Made by a program: the position numbers and the translations under genes. A model generated the notes under the pieces. The model made no database searches. It was not told the DNA's origin and was given only the letters and a program-made list of their open reading frames with translations. From the IMG/VR virus record IMGVR_UViG_3300017987_000005, positions 105,157 through 169,156 of that record: a stretch of DNA of 64,000 bases; one strand, written 5' to 3'. This stretch comes from a virus. Numbering within the stretch: the stretch's first letter is position 1; every line of letters starts with the position of its first letter. Positions 40,365 to 49,859 of this stretch are shown here, one piece after another.

Positions 40365-41539
40365 ATCACTTTCTTCAAATAGTCCACATAATCCTTATCC
40401 CGACACATCTCCTTCCCCGTAGAATCGGACAGCTTTGCTACAGGCTGAAGATTCTCGGGGTCTCTGCCGGCTTCAATAACTTTCATTACAATCTGAATCG
40501 GTTCTGGCCCGAGGTTGTTTGTCAAATGAGTCCCAACTCCATAAGCATCTTTTATACGTCCCCGGACATAGGTATGAATCTTGGCAACATTCTTGAAATC
40601 CAATCCATCACTGAATACAGCGCTCTTCGTTGTGGGGTCGATTCCCATATCTTCGTAATGACGGATGACTTTCTCTACCCAGTCAGTTGGGCTCCCGGAA
40701 TCCTGACGAACTCCATCGAACAGCTTTGCAAAATACATGTCGAAGTCTTTGAGGAATTTCTGCAATCCTAGGGTGTCCGACAAAGCAATCCCCAGGTCGC
40801 CACGATACTCGTCAGCCCACGTCTGGAGCGCGTACCGCTGGCTCCATTCCGGCTTCGTCAATGCTTGGCATACTTGGAATACTTCATGCGCCATCGTTCC
40901 GATAGGCTTAAGTCCGTACTCCTTTGCAAATAGGACGTTACTCGTCCCAATAAATCCGGGGAATATCTCAGGCTGAGTCAGCAACTTTATAACGCGCGCA
41001 TGCCATTCCGGAGAGAATGCGCGTCGCGTTCCGAAATCAGCAAAACTGACTCCCTTCATCGTCTGTATGTTCGATAGACTGGCTGACAGCTTCTTCTCCC
41101 CCTCCTTAAATAACTCGTTGCGGTCTTTAGAAGAACAAAGGTTGTCAAAATATAACGCATTAACTGTACGTAGAATATAAATCTCATACAAAATAGTCTG
41201 CACCCACGGCCCTTCGACAATAATGCTGAGTCCTTCCGAATCAGAATCGCTGATGTGTACATATCTTGAATGAAGCTTGAACGTTCTGAGGAAATCAATA
41301 AAATCGCGCTTCATAAATCTCAGGTCACGGAGATACATCAACTCATCTTCCTTGAAGCTCAGACGATTCATGTAATTTATCTCGTCCTGTATCCGGGCTT
41401 TAATAGGAGAAAAATCCACTCCCTCAGTCCGGCACTTAAACGCATACTTCACGTATACGTCAGGGCACTGATGCAAAGCAAACTGCATCATTGTGAGTTT
41501 ATATAAATCGGTATCTAGTAAACTACGTATCACTGGCAT
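40361..41539 (-). CDS. pncB: Nicotinate phosphoribosyltransferase
   Basis: LLDTDLYKLTMMQ, DFGTRR, GTSNV, GTMAHE (phospho-His), GVRQDSG, FSDGL, GVGTHL, VAKLSD. Confidence 0.97.
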   Translation of the reverse strand: MPVIRSLLDTDLYKLTMMQFALHQCPDVYVKYAFKCRTEGVDFSPIKARIQDEINYMNRLSFKEDELMYLRDLRFMKRDFIDFLRTFKLHSRYVHISDSDSEGLSIIVEGPWVQTILYEIYILRTVNALYFDNLCSSKDRNELFKEGEKKLSASLSNIQTMKGVSFADFGTRRAFSPEWHARVIKLLTQPEIFPGFIGTSNVLFAKEYGLKPIGTMAHEVFQVCQALTKPEWSQRYALQTWADEYRGDLGIALSDTLGLQKFLKDFDMYFAKLFDGVRQDSGSPTDWVEKVIRHYEDMGIDPTTKSAVFSDGLDFKNVAKIHTYVRGRIKDAYGVGTHLTNNLGPEPIQIVMKVIEAGRDPENLQPVAKLSDSTGKEMCRDKDYVDYLKKVI

Positions 41540-41894
41540 CTTCTTCTCCTAAATGTCCGTGCATCCTTTTCCACTCTTTGATGTACTGAGCATGCTGTTC
41601 CGGATAAAAGTGTTCTATAAAATCAATCAGACGATAATCGTGTGGCTCGTCAGTAAATATATCTCCTGTCGTATCTGTAAAACAAAATATCTCGTTTTCA
41701 AAATGATGTTCGCTTTTGTGCTTCCCGCAGTTCCCGCATATCGGGTCCTCGATACATTCCAAAGCAGTGAAGCACATCTCAGTCAACTGCTGCATACGCT
41801 CATCGTCATTCAACAATATCTCGACAAGCTTGAGGACGCGGCACTTCGCAGAACGTCGCGCATTCCGCAACTTCCATGAGGCAAAACTTCCCAT
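41523..41894 (-). CDS. Hypothetical protein
   Basis: Coupled ORF, CGNCGKHKSEH. Confidence 0.65.
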   Translation of the reverse strand: MGSFASWKLRNARRSAKCRVLKLVEILLNDDERMQQLTEMCFTALECIEDPICGNCGKHKSEHHFENEIFCFTDTTGDIFTDEPHDYRLIDFIEHFYPEQHAQYIKEWKRMHGHLGEEDASDT

Positions 41895-41895
41895 C

Positions 41896-42294
41896 TTATT
41901 TCCCGTACCACATATAGGCGGGCTTTATAGCAACGATAGCATAAAAATCGTCATCAACATGCCCCCAGTCCTCGCAATAAACTCTCCATCCGAGTTCGTT
42001 GCTTCCGTCATGGTCAGCATTCGCGTCCCAATCCTTCATCTCGATATCCTCGGCTTTTTCAAGATACTTCTTAACTGCGGGAAACACTTCCTCTGCGGTA
42101 AGCTCTGACGGGAACTGGTTATAATTCTCCGGACTTGAATCCGGAATAGTCCAGCATAAAATGAGTCCATGCTTCTTAGTTTCCCTCCACGCATTAGCAG
42201 TCGTGTTCCGCCCCTCCTGAGCAAACGCGAGCTTCAACGTTTGGAGTAGAAGTTCGTCTCCGGTCCCGTTGACATTAAATACTCTGTTATCCAT
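41896..42294 (-). CDS. Hypothetical phage protein
   Basis: Coupled ORF (DHDGS..GWRVY...YGK). Confidence 0.75.
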   Translation of the reverse strand: MDNRVFNVNGTGDELLLQTLKLAFAQEGRNTTANAWRETKKHGLILCWTIPDSSPENYNQFPSELTAEEVFPAVKKYLEKAEDIEMKDWDANADHDGSNELGWRVYCEDWGHVDDDFYAIVAIKPAYMWYGK

Positions 42295-42908
42295 TACTCA
42301 CTACCTACACTCAAAAATTCATTAATAACTCCCATATCAGGCTCTTTCGCGTAGCTTCGCGGGTCGTTATATTCTGGCTTAAAATATTTTATAAAAGCAG
42401 ATTCCACTGCGTCTAGTCTAGTTTTCGGGACATGCATATAAAATACATAATTAAAATCCTTATCTTCACGATGCCTCTCTATACGCGTAGGCAGCGACGT
42501 AGTCTGACCAACATACACTATTAACTTATCGCGCACAAGAAAATAAACGCACGGAGGAAAATACCCTAACGGATATTCTTTCAAACACTCAAATAACGGC
42601 TGTATCCCATAAGGTAAATCAGTCGGCACTAAGCTTCTTGGATTATTCGTAATAACCTGTATACAATTAGGCGGTAACGGAGAACCTTTGTAATGGTGAA
42701 TCATGTTAACTTTTATCCAATCTCGAATCGCCCTCAACTCAAACACGGGCTCTGGATGAATGTCAACCTTAACACATGGCGCAAAACCTTGTTCCGCTAA
42801 CTCTACTAGTCGAGAAGGGCTAATAAAATCTTTTAATCCTTTTGGCAATTTTGCACACACCTCTTCTGCCGTATACAGTGACGGTATCGTCGTATTTCCT
42901 CTAGCCAC
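42294..42908 (-). CDS. GIY-YIG nuclease domain protein with N-terminal HTH-like region
   Basis: CVYFL...VYVGQT..L..RI..H...E..FIKYFKPEYN. Confidence 0.85.
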   Translation of the reverse strand: MARGNTTIPSLYTAEEVCAKLPKGLKDFISPSRLVELAEQGFAPCVKVDIHPEPVFELRAIRDWIKVNMIHHYKGSPLPPNCIQVITNNPRSLVPTDLPYGIQPLFECLKEYPLGYFPPCVYFLVRDKLIVYVGQTTSLPTRIERHREDKDFNYVFYMHVPKTRLDAVESAFIKYFKPEYNDPRSYAKEPDMGVINEFLSVGSE

Positions 42909-43096
42909 TAGTCTACGCTCCTCTCATTATCGAACCACTTCTTTTTCGGTTCTTCGGCTCTATGAAAATCACCGTGATAATCTATGCACGGCTTCGTCTT
43001 CCTGCACGACTCGCACAGCCCAACTGATACGTTCGGCATTATAAACCAGAACGTATCTACTCCGTTCTCAATGCAACACTTCTCGCAGATAAACAT
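42908..43096 (-). CDS. Zn-finger microprotein (WFDN motif)
   Basis: CxxC...CxxC; coupled to both neighbours. Confidence 0.7.
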   Translation of the reverse strand: MFICEKCCIENGVDTFWFIMPNVSVGLCESCRKTKPCIDYHGDFHRAEEPKKKWFDNERSVD

Positions 43097-43401
43097 TAAT
43101 AATCTTCATCAATAATATCATTAGGGTCAAGAGGATTTTCAGTCGGGTCGTAATCATCCGGATTCAGCTCATCATCCTCATCATCCATATGACTACGGTC
43201 ATCGAGCATCTGAATCGCTGCTACGGCTGAGCCGCGTATCGATTCGAAAAAATCCCGAAGCTCATCCTCATCAGTAATCGCATGATACGACTTTGCCATG
43301 ATTTCCTCAAAATCATCAAAAAGCTTATCGTAATTTTCACTGCTTTCTCCAGCAGTCCGGTCCTCACTCATCACCATTCTCCCGCACATACTTAAATCCA
43401 C
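43096..43401 (-). CDS. Acidic hypothetical protein
   Basis: Asp/Glu-rich ORF; start uncertain. Confidence 0.65.
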   Translation of the reverse strand: MDLSMCGRMVMSEDRTAGESSENYDKLFDDFEEIMAKSYHAITDEDELRDFFESIRGSAVAAIQMLDDRSHMDDEDDELNPDDYDPTENPLDPNDIIDEDY

Positions 43402-43642
43402 GAGTGGGAGGCTTAGTCGGAGCTTTATAATCTACTTTCTTTAACGGCTCCATTACAATACGTCCAGGCTCGATGCTTATAACTTCCCCTTCAGCATGTA
43501 CTCTCCCTTTATACGCAAACATAACTTTATCATACTCAAATAACTGGCGGGGCGTTCCCGACACGTCCCACCAACACTCATAAATATCAGAAGCCGTCTT
43601 ATGTTCCACTACCTCCGGCTTGGCATGAATAATGATATCCAT
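43364..43642 (-). CDS. Hypothetical protein (PUA/ASCH-like pattern)
   Basis: Start moved to ATG 43642 (MDIIIHAK); ends PTRGFKY. Confidence 0.6.
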   Translation of the reverse strand: MDIIIHAKPEVVEHKTASDIYECWWDVSGTPRQLFEYDKVMFAYKGRVHAEGEVISIEPGRIVMEPLKKVDYKAPTKPPTRGFKYVRENGDE

Positions 43643-43643
43643 A

Positions 43644-44039
43644 CTACATTCCTTTTCCGTCGTTAAACCATTCCCCGTTAGCTTCCACTTTGTTCCCGCT
43701 CTTCTGGCGCTCCGCCCAACGTACTCCGGCATCAAACGCTTCTTCCGGAGTAGGTCTTCCGTCAGATGCACGCCCTAGCATCGGATGCTGGCACATAAAT
43801 AATTTCTCCACACGAAGACGTACTTCATGGCCATAATATCCCGCTACGTATCCAAGATTTTTCCGCTCTATGCTCTCAGCTTCTACTCTGGATTTTCCAG
43901 CTATTCGCATAGTATGTTCGACAAGCACTTCGAAATACTCGTCAGCAGTAGCTTGGTCCATTATCGACATAGCAGGTTTATACTTCTCTCCGAGAGTAGT
44001 CTCATCAGGAAGTCTCTCGGGCAGTACTACTTTCTCCAT
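43644..44039 (-). CDS. Hypothetical protein (WFND motif)
   Basis: TAATG-coupled to nadE. Confidence 0.7.
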   Translation of the reverse strand: MEKVVLPERLPDETTLGEKYKPAMSIMDQATADEYFEVLVEHTMRIAGKSRVEAESIERKNLGYVAGYYGHEVRLRVEKLFMCQHPMLGRASDGRPTPEEAFDAGVRWAERQKSGNKVEANGEWFNDGKGM

Positions 44040-44776
44040 TACTCGTCCACCCTTCCTAAAAGTTTCTCATCAACAAAACAACACGGAGGCATCTGACGCT
44101 TATGTTGGCTCTGCAACATGCGCTTCGATAATGTCCCATCCTGGCAATCAATTCCTGCTAGCGCCCTATCCATCTGAGTATACGTCATTCCGATTTCCTT
44201 CTCATCCGTCTGCCCTTCCCATAATCCGGCTGAAGGTGCTTTTGTGAGGATTCGCTCGGGAACTCCGAGATGCTCAGCAAACTTTCGAACATGAGTCTTA
44301 TATAGACTTCCAATAGGTTCGATGTCAACTCCCCCATCCCCATATTTCGTATAATACCCGAGTTCTATCTCAGTCAGATTGCTCGTCCCGGCTACAAGAT
44401 AATTGCAAGTGTTTGCAACGTAATACAGGGCACACATACGAAGACGCGATTTCAGATTTGCTCTGGCAAGCTTACAATCAAACGTTTCCGGGAACAGCTT
44501 GAGCATACTATTATACGTATCTCCGAGTTCCACTACTTCGGAATAGATGGCAAACGTACTGCACAGCGTAGCTGCGTCAATCCCATCATCATCCAAAGAC
44601 TCGCACGGCATTATCAGCCCGGTCACATTTTCGTCAAACTCGCGCTTACATAGGACGGCAGTAACAGCAGAGTCTATTCCACCACTCACTCCGACTACGA
44701 CTCCCCGTGCTCCTGCTTTTGTTACTCGCTCCCTCATCCATCGCTGAATGGTATCGGCTACTTTCTCACATTGCAT
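44039..44776 (-). CDS. nadE: NH3-dependent NAD+ synthetase
   Basis: VGVSGGIDSAV, NLKSRLRM, GYYTKYGDGG, KAPSAGLWEGQTDE, SQHKR; no glutaminase domain. Confidence 0.97.
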   Translation of the reverse strand: MQCEKVADTIQRWMRERVTKAGARGVVVGVSGGIDSAVTAVLCKREFDENVTGLIMPCESLDDDGIDAATLCSTFAIYSEVVELGDTYNSMLKLFPETFDCKLARANLKSRLRMCALYYVANTCNYLVAGTSNLTEIELGYYTKYGDGGVDIEPIGSLYKTHVRKFAEHLGVPERILTKAPSAGLWEGQTDEKEIGMTYTQMDRALAGIDCQDGTLSKRMLQSQHKRQMPPCCFVDEKLLGRVDE

Positions 44777-45354
44777 TACTCTTCTCCTTTGGTGACTGCT
44801 TCCAGCTCTGCGATTACGGCTCCTTTTTCTTCCATCTCCTGAAGAGCTTCGTCAGAACTCTTTTCATCCACTCCGGCAATAGCATCGCGAACTACAGTGA
44901 CTTCGATTCCACGTTCCAGGAGTCCGAGTACAGCAGATTTCACGCAGTAATCGGTCGCTACTCCGTAAACAACGGCTGAAGAGACTTTCTTATCCTTAAG
45001 ATATTTGACAATCTCATCGTTGCCGCCCTTCTCAGCAAACACGTCGTACGTATTCTTGCGGAATATATCTGCGTCGTTATTCTTAGTTTCCTGAATAGAC
45101 TTCGCTCCCGCTGTTCCGCACATGCAATGCTCAGGAAACGGTCCGCCATTGACCTCAAGCTCACCCTCAACGTCTTTATACGCAGGAGTTCCAAAATGAA
45201 CGTCCATTGTCTTCACAACCTTAATGCCTTTCTCGACAGCATAATCATTCAGTCGCTTAAGAGCTGGTTTTATAGATTCGGCATTCGGAACATATAGTGC
45301 TCCTCCCTCATTCATAAAATCTCTCTGAGTATCCACGTCTACAAAAATCAACAT
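44776..45354 (-). CDS. pncA: Nicotinamidase
   Basis: DTQRDF..GGALYV, DVH, FPEHC..GT.GA, FRK, GVATDYCV (Asp-Lys-Cys triad). Confidence 0.93.
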   Translation of the reverse strand: MLIFVDVDTQRDFMNEGGALYVPNAESIKPALKRLNDYAVEKGIKVVKTMDVHFGTPAYKDVEGELEVNGGPFPEHCMCGTAGAKSIQETKNNDADIFRKNTYDVFAEKGGNDEIVKYLKDKKVSSAVVYGVATDYCVKSAVLGLLERGIEVTVVRDAIAGVDEKSSDEALQEMEEKGAVIAELEAVTKGEE

Positions 45355-45692
45355 GGTAATTCTCCTTCAAAACAAGTGCGATACATCAAGCACCGTAACT
45401 TACATTTTTCAATATGGTCTATCAATATACTCTGCACAATACAAGGCAGCATGTTTGCTTTATTTTCGAGGTCAATCTGATGCTCCTTATAATACTCATA
45501 AGCAAGTATTATAATAACTGCGTCAGTGCAACCGGTGGGACGCACATGGTCTTTAAGTTCTTCCATGTGCGCCTCCACCCAGTCAAGATATCCTTTGAAG
45601 AATCCCGGCTCGGTTTTAATGCGAATATTCTGTTTGCTCCAAACAATATATTCTTCCAGTTCAGGTCTATTCCGAGGTCCAGGTCCTTCCAT
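45348..45692 (-). CDS. Hypothetical protein
   Basis: Coupled ORF. Confidence 0.65.
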   Translation of the reverse strand: MEGPGPRNRPELEEYIVWSKQNIRIKTEPGFFKGYLDWVEAHMEELKDHVRPTGCTDAVIIILAYEYYKEHQIDLENKANMLPCIVQSILIDHIEKCKLRCLMYRTCFEGELPC

Positions 45693-45695
45693 AGG

Positions 45696-46514
45696 TCAAT
45701 CCATAAAAACAACGTTAGAACGAGAAATAGAAAGAGCTTCCGTATTCACAATTACTTCGTGCCAAATATTCCCCAGGTCTACAGTAGCGTGTTCGATGTG
45801 ACGGATTTTCCCTTTCACAAACGCACGCATTCCAGTAGTACGCTGGTCCCATCTTCCGCGCGCTCTTTCGTCGCGCTCTTTCACGAGTTTATTATACTTG
45901 TGAACATCTACCCCTTCTGGAAAATTCGTATGGAAGTAACGAGTAGTTCCTCCCGTACGATACAAAAAATCAGCGACATGCGGATTCCCGCGCTGAGCTA
46001 AAGGCTCCTTTTTCTGAACGAGCCAATCCTTCACAGCCATATCAGGCATGGGAACAAAAGTAAACTCCCCCTGACGATGAATGGTTCCTCCGGCAGCTTT
46101 ACGATGACGCTTCTGACGGTTTTTACGTTTTACTCCGCGCTTATTTTCTATTTCGCGAAGTGCAGCAGGTTTCAAAGCTTCTTTAGCTTCTGCTACGTTA
46201 GAAGCTCCCGCAGTCTCAGGAATAGCTGCGGTAAACCAGTGGCGTTCATCGTGTCCACACAGAAAACGCGCTTTAGGATTCTCCGGGTCACGAACCATTA
46301 TAAGAAGATGGCGGTCTTTGGGTTTTACGTCAAGAATCTGAGTTCCGACTCCATCACGAAGAAGAATTTCAAAGAACTCTCCTTTGCGGTCACGGCGAAC
46401 ATCCATAGCAACATTCCCGTCCATGCGCGTACGACGTACCCACCGCACATCATCGGAAACGCGCTCAACTTTTACGCGCGCCCCCATTTTCTCAAATGCA
46501 GTGTTAATATTCAT
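45696..46514 (-). CDS. Basic hypothetical protein
   Basis: 272-aa ORF with RQGE and RHIEHAT motifs. Confidence 0.75.
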   Translation of the reverse strand: MNINTAFEKMGARVKVERVSDDVRWVRRTRMDGNVAMDVRRDRKGEFFEILLRDGVGTQILDVKPKDRHLLIMVRDPENPKARFLCGHDERHWFTAAIPETAGASNVAEAKEALKPAALREIENKRGVKRKNRQKRHRKAAGGTIHRQGEFTFVPMPDMAVKDWLVQKKEPLAQRGNPHVADFLYRTGGTTRYFHTNFPEGVDVHKYNKLVKERDERARGRWDQRTTGMRAFVKGKIRHIEHATVDLGNIWHEVIVNTEALSISRSNVVFMD

Positions 46515-46517
46515 AAA

Positions 46518-46865
46518 TTATCCTCGAAACGGAGAAGATGGCGGCCCACCAGGAGGCATTTCTCCGGGCAGTATGATTCGATTATCCAACTTATGTTTCA
46601 AGTCTTTCTGCGCTTCGTCTGCTAACTCATCAAACTTCTCAAACGCTTCCTCGATAAATCTGGCGGGTATGTCGAAATCAATCGGCATACTCATTTCAGC
46701 CGGGCCCATCGGAGTATCCGTCATACGGGCTAATCCAGTGTGTCCAACATAGCGGGTCACAGGATTCTTCGGGTCAACACGCATAAACATAGTAATCAAG
46801 TCAACTCGTCCATCAGGCATAGTCCTTTTGAATACGCGAAGCTCTTCGATAATCGGGTCGCTCAT
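46518..46865 (-). CDS. Hypothetical protein
   Basis: ORF with SD GGGAG. Confidence 0.7.
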   Translation of the reverse strand: MSDPIIEELRVFKRTMPDGRVDLITMFMRVDPKNPVTRYVGHTGLARMTDTPMGPAEMSMPIDFDIPARFIEEAFEKFDELADEAQKDLKHKLDNRIILPGEMPPGGPPSSPFRG

Positions 46866-46879
46866 CGCTCTCCCTATAA

Positions 46880-48289
46880 TTAAAGTCTAAACATGACTTC
46901 CGGTCCGTCGAACAAGTCCTCGACGATTCCGTTGTCAGTCAAAGTACGGTAAAAACAATAACGTCCAGGATATATCAGCAAATTATTCGGGCACCCAATC
47001 TGGTCAACATCCGTCACGGCTGTCCCGAAATACCTTGATATAAACTGGTTCAAATGAGCTGTATCAGCTCCTTCCTTCTTCAACTGGTCTCGAATACTGG
47101 ACAACTTGTCCACATCTGCATGAAAGTAGAGCGTGTCCTTTATAGCATCCTTCATAATGCCGTACATCCGATTCACGTTCTCCTTACGGTCATGCTCCTT
47201 CACGAACCTCTTTCTCCAGTCATCGTGCTTCTTCAAAGCGACTGGATAATCCTCCTTGATTCGCTTTAACATAGCTACTGTATGGTCCTTCTTCTTCATC
47301 GAATAGATGAACGGGCATTCGGAATACATTCCGTTAGCAACCCACGGTTTCTCCGGAAGCATACATACAGTATTCATCGATACTGCTTCAACAGTAGTCA
47401 GTGAGTAACTCTCATGTAGTGACGAGCTAAAAAACACATGCGCTCTTCTCAGCATATCCTTAAATTCTGCTGACTGAACTCCCTCTTTGAACTGAATAAG
47501 CGGATGCTTGTCCTTCAGCTCAGTCGGGAACTGTGTTTGAGTCGTCACGATAGCGGTTATCTTATACAGTATAATCGCTTTTTCTAAAACTTCAAAGAAC
47601 GCATCAAAATTCTTTACTGAGTTGAAGCGACCGCCAAACATCACAGTAAACTTCTTATTCTTATCCTCGAGCTTTGCAGGCTCTATACTCTTAATATCGA
47701 TTCCCCGATGCACTGCATGGCATCGCTCCTCAGCTTCGAGAACAAGATTCGGTTTAAGGTAATCAGACATCAATTTCACAGCATGGCGTTTCTCAATCTC
47801 AGAATTGAAAAAATTCGCAGCACTATAATAATATCCGAATGCTTTATCACGGTACAGCGAGGGATGGACAGTATCATGGATGTATCCCGGATACGCTACG
47901 GCGGTATCGCGGACGAATATTGGTGTCGGTCGTCTCAAAGAACGCATAAGATTGTCCATCCCCGGATTCGCTGCACTGGATTCGCATAACAGTCCATCAG
48001 CAAGTCCCTTCCCGAATCGTCTGTTACACATTGACGATATAATCTCGGGTGAGAATGTCTGAATAAAATGCCAATCATAAAAAAGAACAGGGTAGAACTG
48101 ATGCTGTATCTTTCCGGGTATGTCCTCAACTGCTCCCCGGTATTTCAACGGCATCAGGTAATAGAAGAAACACTTTCCTCCCGAAAGTTTATCAACCCAG
48201 TCACAAAAGTTGCGAAGTAACAAATAGTTACTGTCCCCCATAATCATCTTGGGGGACGTCATGGTAATTGGTCTAACAATCAGTCTCAT
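46880..48289 (-). CDS. GT-B (GT4-like) glycosyltransferase
   Basis: VHRGID, VMFGGRFNSVKN, AHVFFSSSLHESYSLTTVEA (EX7E). Confidence 0.85.
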   Translation of the reverse strand: MRLIVRPITMTSPKMIMGDSNYLLLRNFCDWVDKLSGGKCFFYYLMPLKYRGAVEDIPGKIQHQFYPVLFYDWHFIQTFSPEIISSMCNRRFGKGLADGLLCESSAANPGMDNLMRSLRRPTPIFVRDTAVAYPGYIHDTVHPSLYRDKAFGYYYSAANFFNSEIEKRHAVKLMSDYLKPNLVLEAEERCHAVHRGIDIKSIEPAKLEDKNKKFTVMFGGRFNSVKNFDAFFEVLEKAIILYKITAIVTTQTQFPTELKDKHPLIQFKEGVQSAEFKDMLRRAHVFFSSSLHESYSLTTVEAVSMNTVCMLPEKPWVANGMYSECPFIYSMKKKDHTVAMLKRIKEDYPVALKKHDDWRKRFVKEHDRKENVNRMYGIMKDAIKDTLYFHADVDKLSSIRDQLKKEGADTAHLNQFISRYFGTAVTDVDQIGCPNNLLIYPGRYCFYRTLTDNGIVEDLFDGPEVMFRL

Positions 48290-48594
48290 TTGGCATCTTC
48301 CCGAAGCTGGTCAAGCTCATAAGTGGTGTGGTCAATGGCGCACTTCATCGAGCAGAAAACTTTATCACTGTGTATCTTCTGGCGGTCATACTTCGAATCG
48401 TCCTCACTGTTCTTATCCGCATGGACAAGCTTGTTGAACGAAACCTGAACGTGTCCGCCTACCCATCCTTCCGGAAAGGCATCTGACATATGTACGCGCT
48501 CATCATGCGGAAGCTCCTCACTGAGTGCGCCCTTCTCCGCTCCGCAATGAGCACATTTGAACATATAATTAACTGTCTTCGTTACTGGCATCAT
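48286..48594 (-). CDS. Zn-binding hypothetical protein
   Basis: CAHCG...FCSMKC. Confidence 0.7.
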   Translation of the reverse strand: MMPVTKTVNYMFKCAHCGAEKGALSEELPHDERVHMSDAFPEGWVGGHVQVSFNKLVHADKNSEDDSKYDRQKIHSDKVFCSMKCAIDHTTYELDQLREDAK

Positions 48595-49126
48595 TGTCCT
48601 CCTTTCCAGACTCCGCAGCTACCATCGCTTTCAGAACTTGAACATACGGAACGTTTTCAATATCCGCATCTGTAATCATGCGGTCAACGTCGTCATCGTC
48701 CTTCAGTTCAGCCCACCAGCTCTCGCATCCGAAAATGACGGTGCTGAGTTCAAAAACATAAAAAGCACAATTATTGTATGTCCTGACGTGCAGAACTCCG
48801 GTAGCTTTCTCACGCTCATATACGACATCAATCGGAATCTCTCCGATATACATCCCAAGGAACGTCTGCTCCTTATACTGTTCTGCACACGGTCTGATTC
48901 GGACAAGCGCCCCTACTTCAATTCCAGTCATAACCCCCTTCTTGGGGCGTGAAAAGTGTCCCTTAACATCACTGATTTCAACAGGAAACTTGATATCATC
49001 CATAGTATCAAACTTCTGTTTATGCTCAGCAATACCGTTGCTCAACTTCCCGATAAGTCCAGCCAACGCTTCTCCATCATTCTTAGCTTCAGACTTCTCT
49101 TCACTCGGTGCATTTGACTTTGCCAT
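48569..49126 (-). CDS. Hypothetical protein
   Basis: SD GGAGAGTGA before ATG 49126. Confidence 0.75.
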   Translation of the reverse strand: MAKSNAPSEEKSEAKNDGEALAGLIGKLSNGIAEHKQKFDTMDDIKFPVEISDVKGHFSRPKKGVMTGIEVGALVRIRPCAEQYKEQTFLGMYIGEIPIDVVYEREKATGVLHVRTYNNCAFYVFELSTVIFGCESWWAELKDDDDVDRMITDADIENVPYVQVLKAMVAAESGKEDNDASNEDS

Positions 49127-49544
49127 ACGTGTCACTCTCCTTCTGATTATCGAACCAGCGGGGCTTCCGCTTCAAAATAACGATATACGGCATCCCTCCG
49201 GGAAACAACGTCCACATATCTCGGGACGTACAATATTTTACTCGGCTGACTCCGATTCCAAGCACCATGAGCTGCTCCATGTAAAGATGCTCTCCCCACT
49301 GTTCGTCATCTTTGTTCTGACACATGTTGAGGAAGGTCCATCCCCCGCCCTTACCCTCATGAAACTGTTCGGGTAACTGGTTGAGGAGTCCGTCAATATC
49401 ATTAAAATGACTCTTCAGTCGCTCCGGGTGTAATCCATAAGTATGAGCTATTCCGCGAACTATAACTGCTTTTGATGTGCTCTCCCCCTCATTGAACAAA
49501 CAATCCTTAAATACCGACTCTACATTAGCTATTGTAAGTTCCAT
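49101..49544 (-). CDS. Hypothetical protein (WFDN motif)
   Basis: GGGWTFLNMC...QWGEH; SD GGAGAGTGA; start moved to ATG 49544. Confidence 0.75.
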   Translation of the reverse strand: MELTIANVESVFKDCLFNEGESTSKAVIVRGIAHTYGLHPERLKSHFNDIDGLLNQLPEQFHEGKGGGWTFLNMCQNKDDEQWGEHLYMEQLMVLGIGVSRVKYCTSRDMWTLFPGGMPYIVILKRKPRWFDNQKESDTYGKVKCTE

Positions 49545-49546
49545 GC

Positions 49547-49783
49547 TCACTCTCCCATAATAATACATTCGTCCTGAGTGTCGGTCATAGGCATAATCCC
49601 GATACTGGTAATCGCTACTCCCTCATAACCATTCTGACGGCACAGCTCTTTTGCGAATCGCTTCAACGCAGCAACCATCTTCAGATTCTTCGCAGTCTCC
49701 GGCGTCAAAGTAGCTTCCAGTCCAAAGCTCCCGGACCAGTGCTCTCCTTTGGGCTTTTTCTTGAAAAATGTTAAAGAATCCAT
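49547..49783 (-). CDS. Hypothetical protein, first gene after a strong promoter
   Basis: SD AAGGAGAGTGA. Confidence 0.75.
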   Translation of the reverse strand: MDSLTFFKKKPKGEHWSGSFGLEATLTPETAKNLKMVAALKRFAKELCRQNGYEGVAITSIGIMPMTDTQDECIIMGE

Positions 49784-49785
49784 GC

Positions 49786-49842
49786 TTCACTCTCCTTTTT
49801 TAGTCTACGCTTATATTATATCATATATTTATGATTTGTCAA
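49786..49842 (-). promoter_or_regulatory. Strong sigma70-type promoter/RBS module, copy 1
   Basis: TTGACA-16 nt-TATAAT with extended TG, then ATAAGCGTA...AAGGAGAGTGAA. Confidence 0.85.
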
Positions 49843-49859
49843 GAACAATCTTAAAAAAC

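Noticed and set aside
40361-41539. Nampt/Namat (NARP1/NARP2) assignment
   Set aside because: The motifs and ~390-aa length fit nicotinate PRTase PncB, a nicotinamidase and NadE are present, and no Prs-like gene is in the window.
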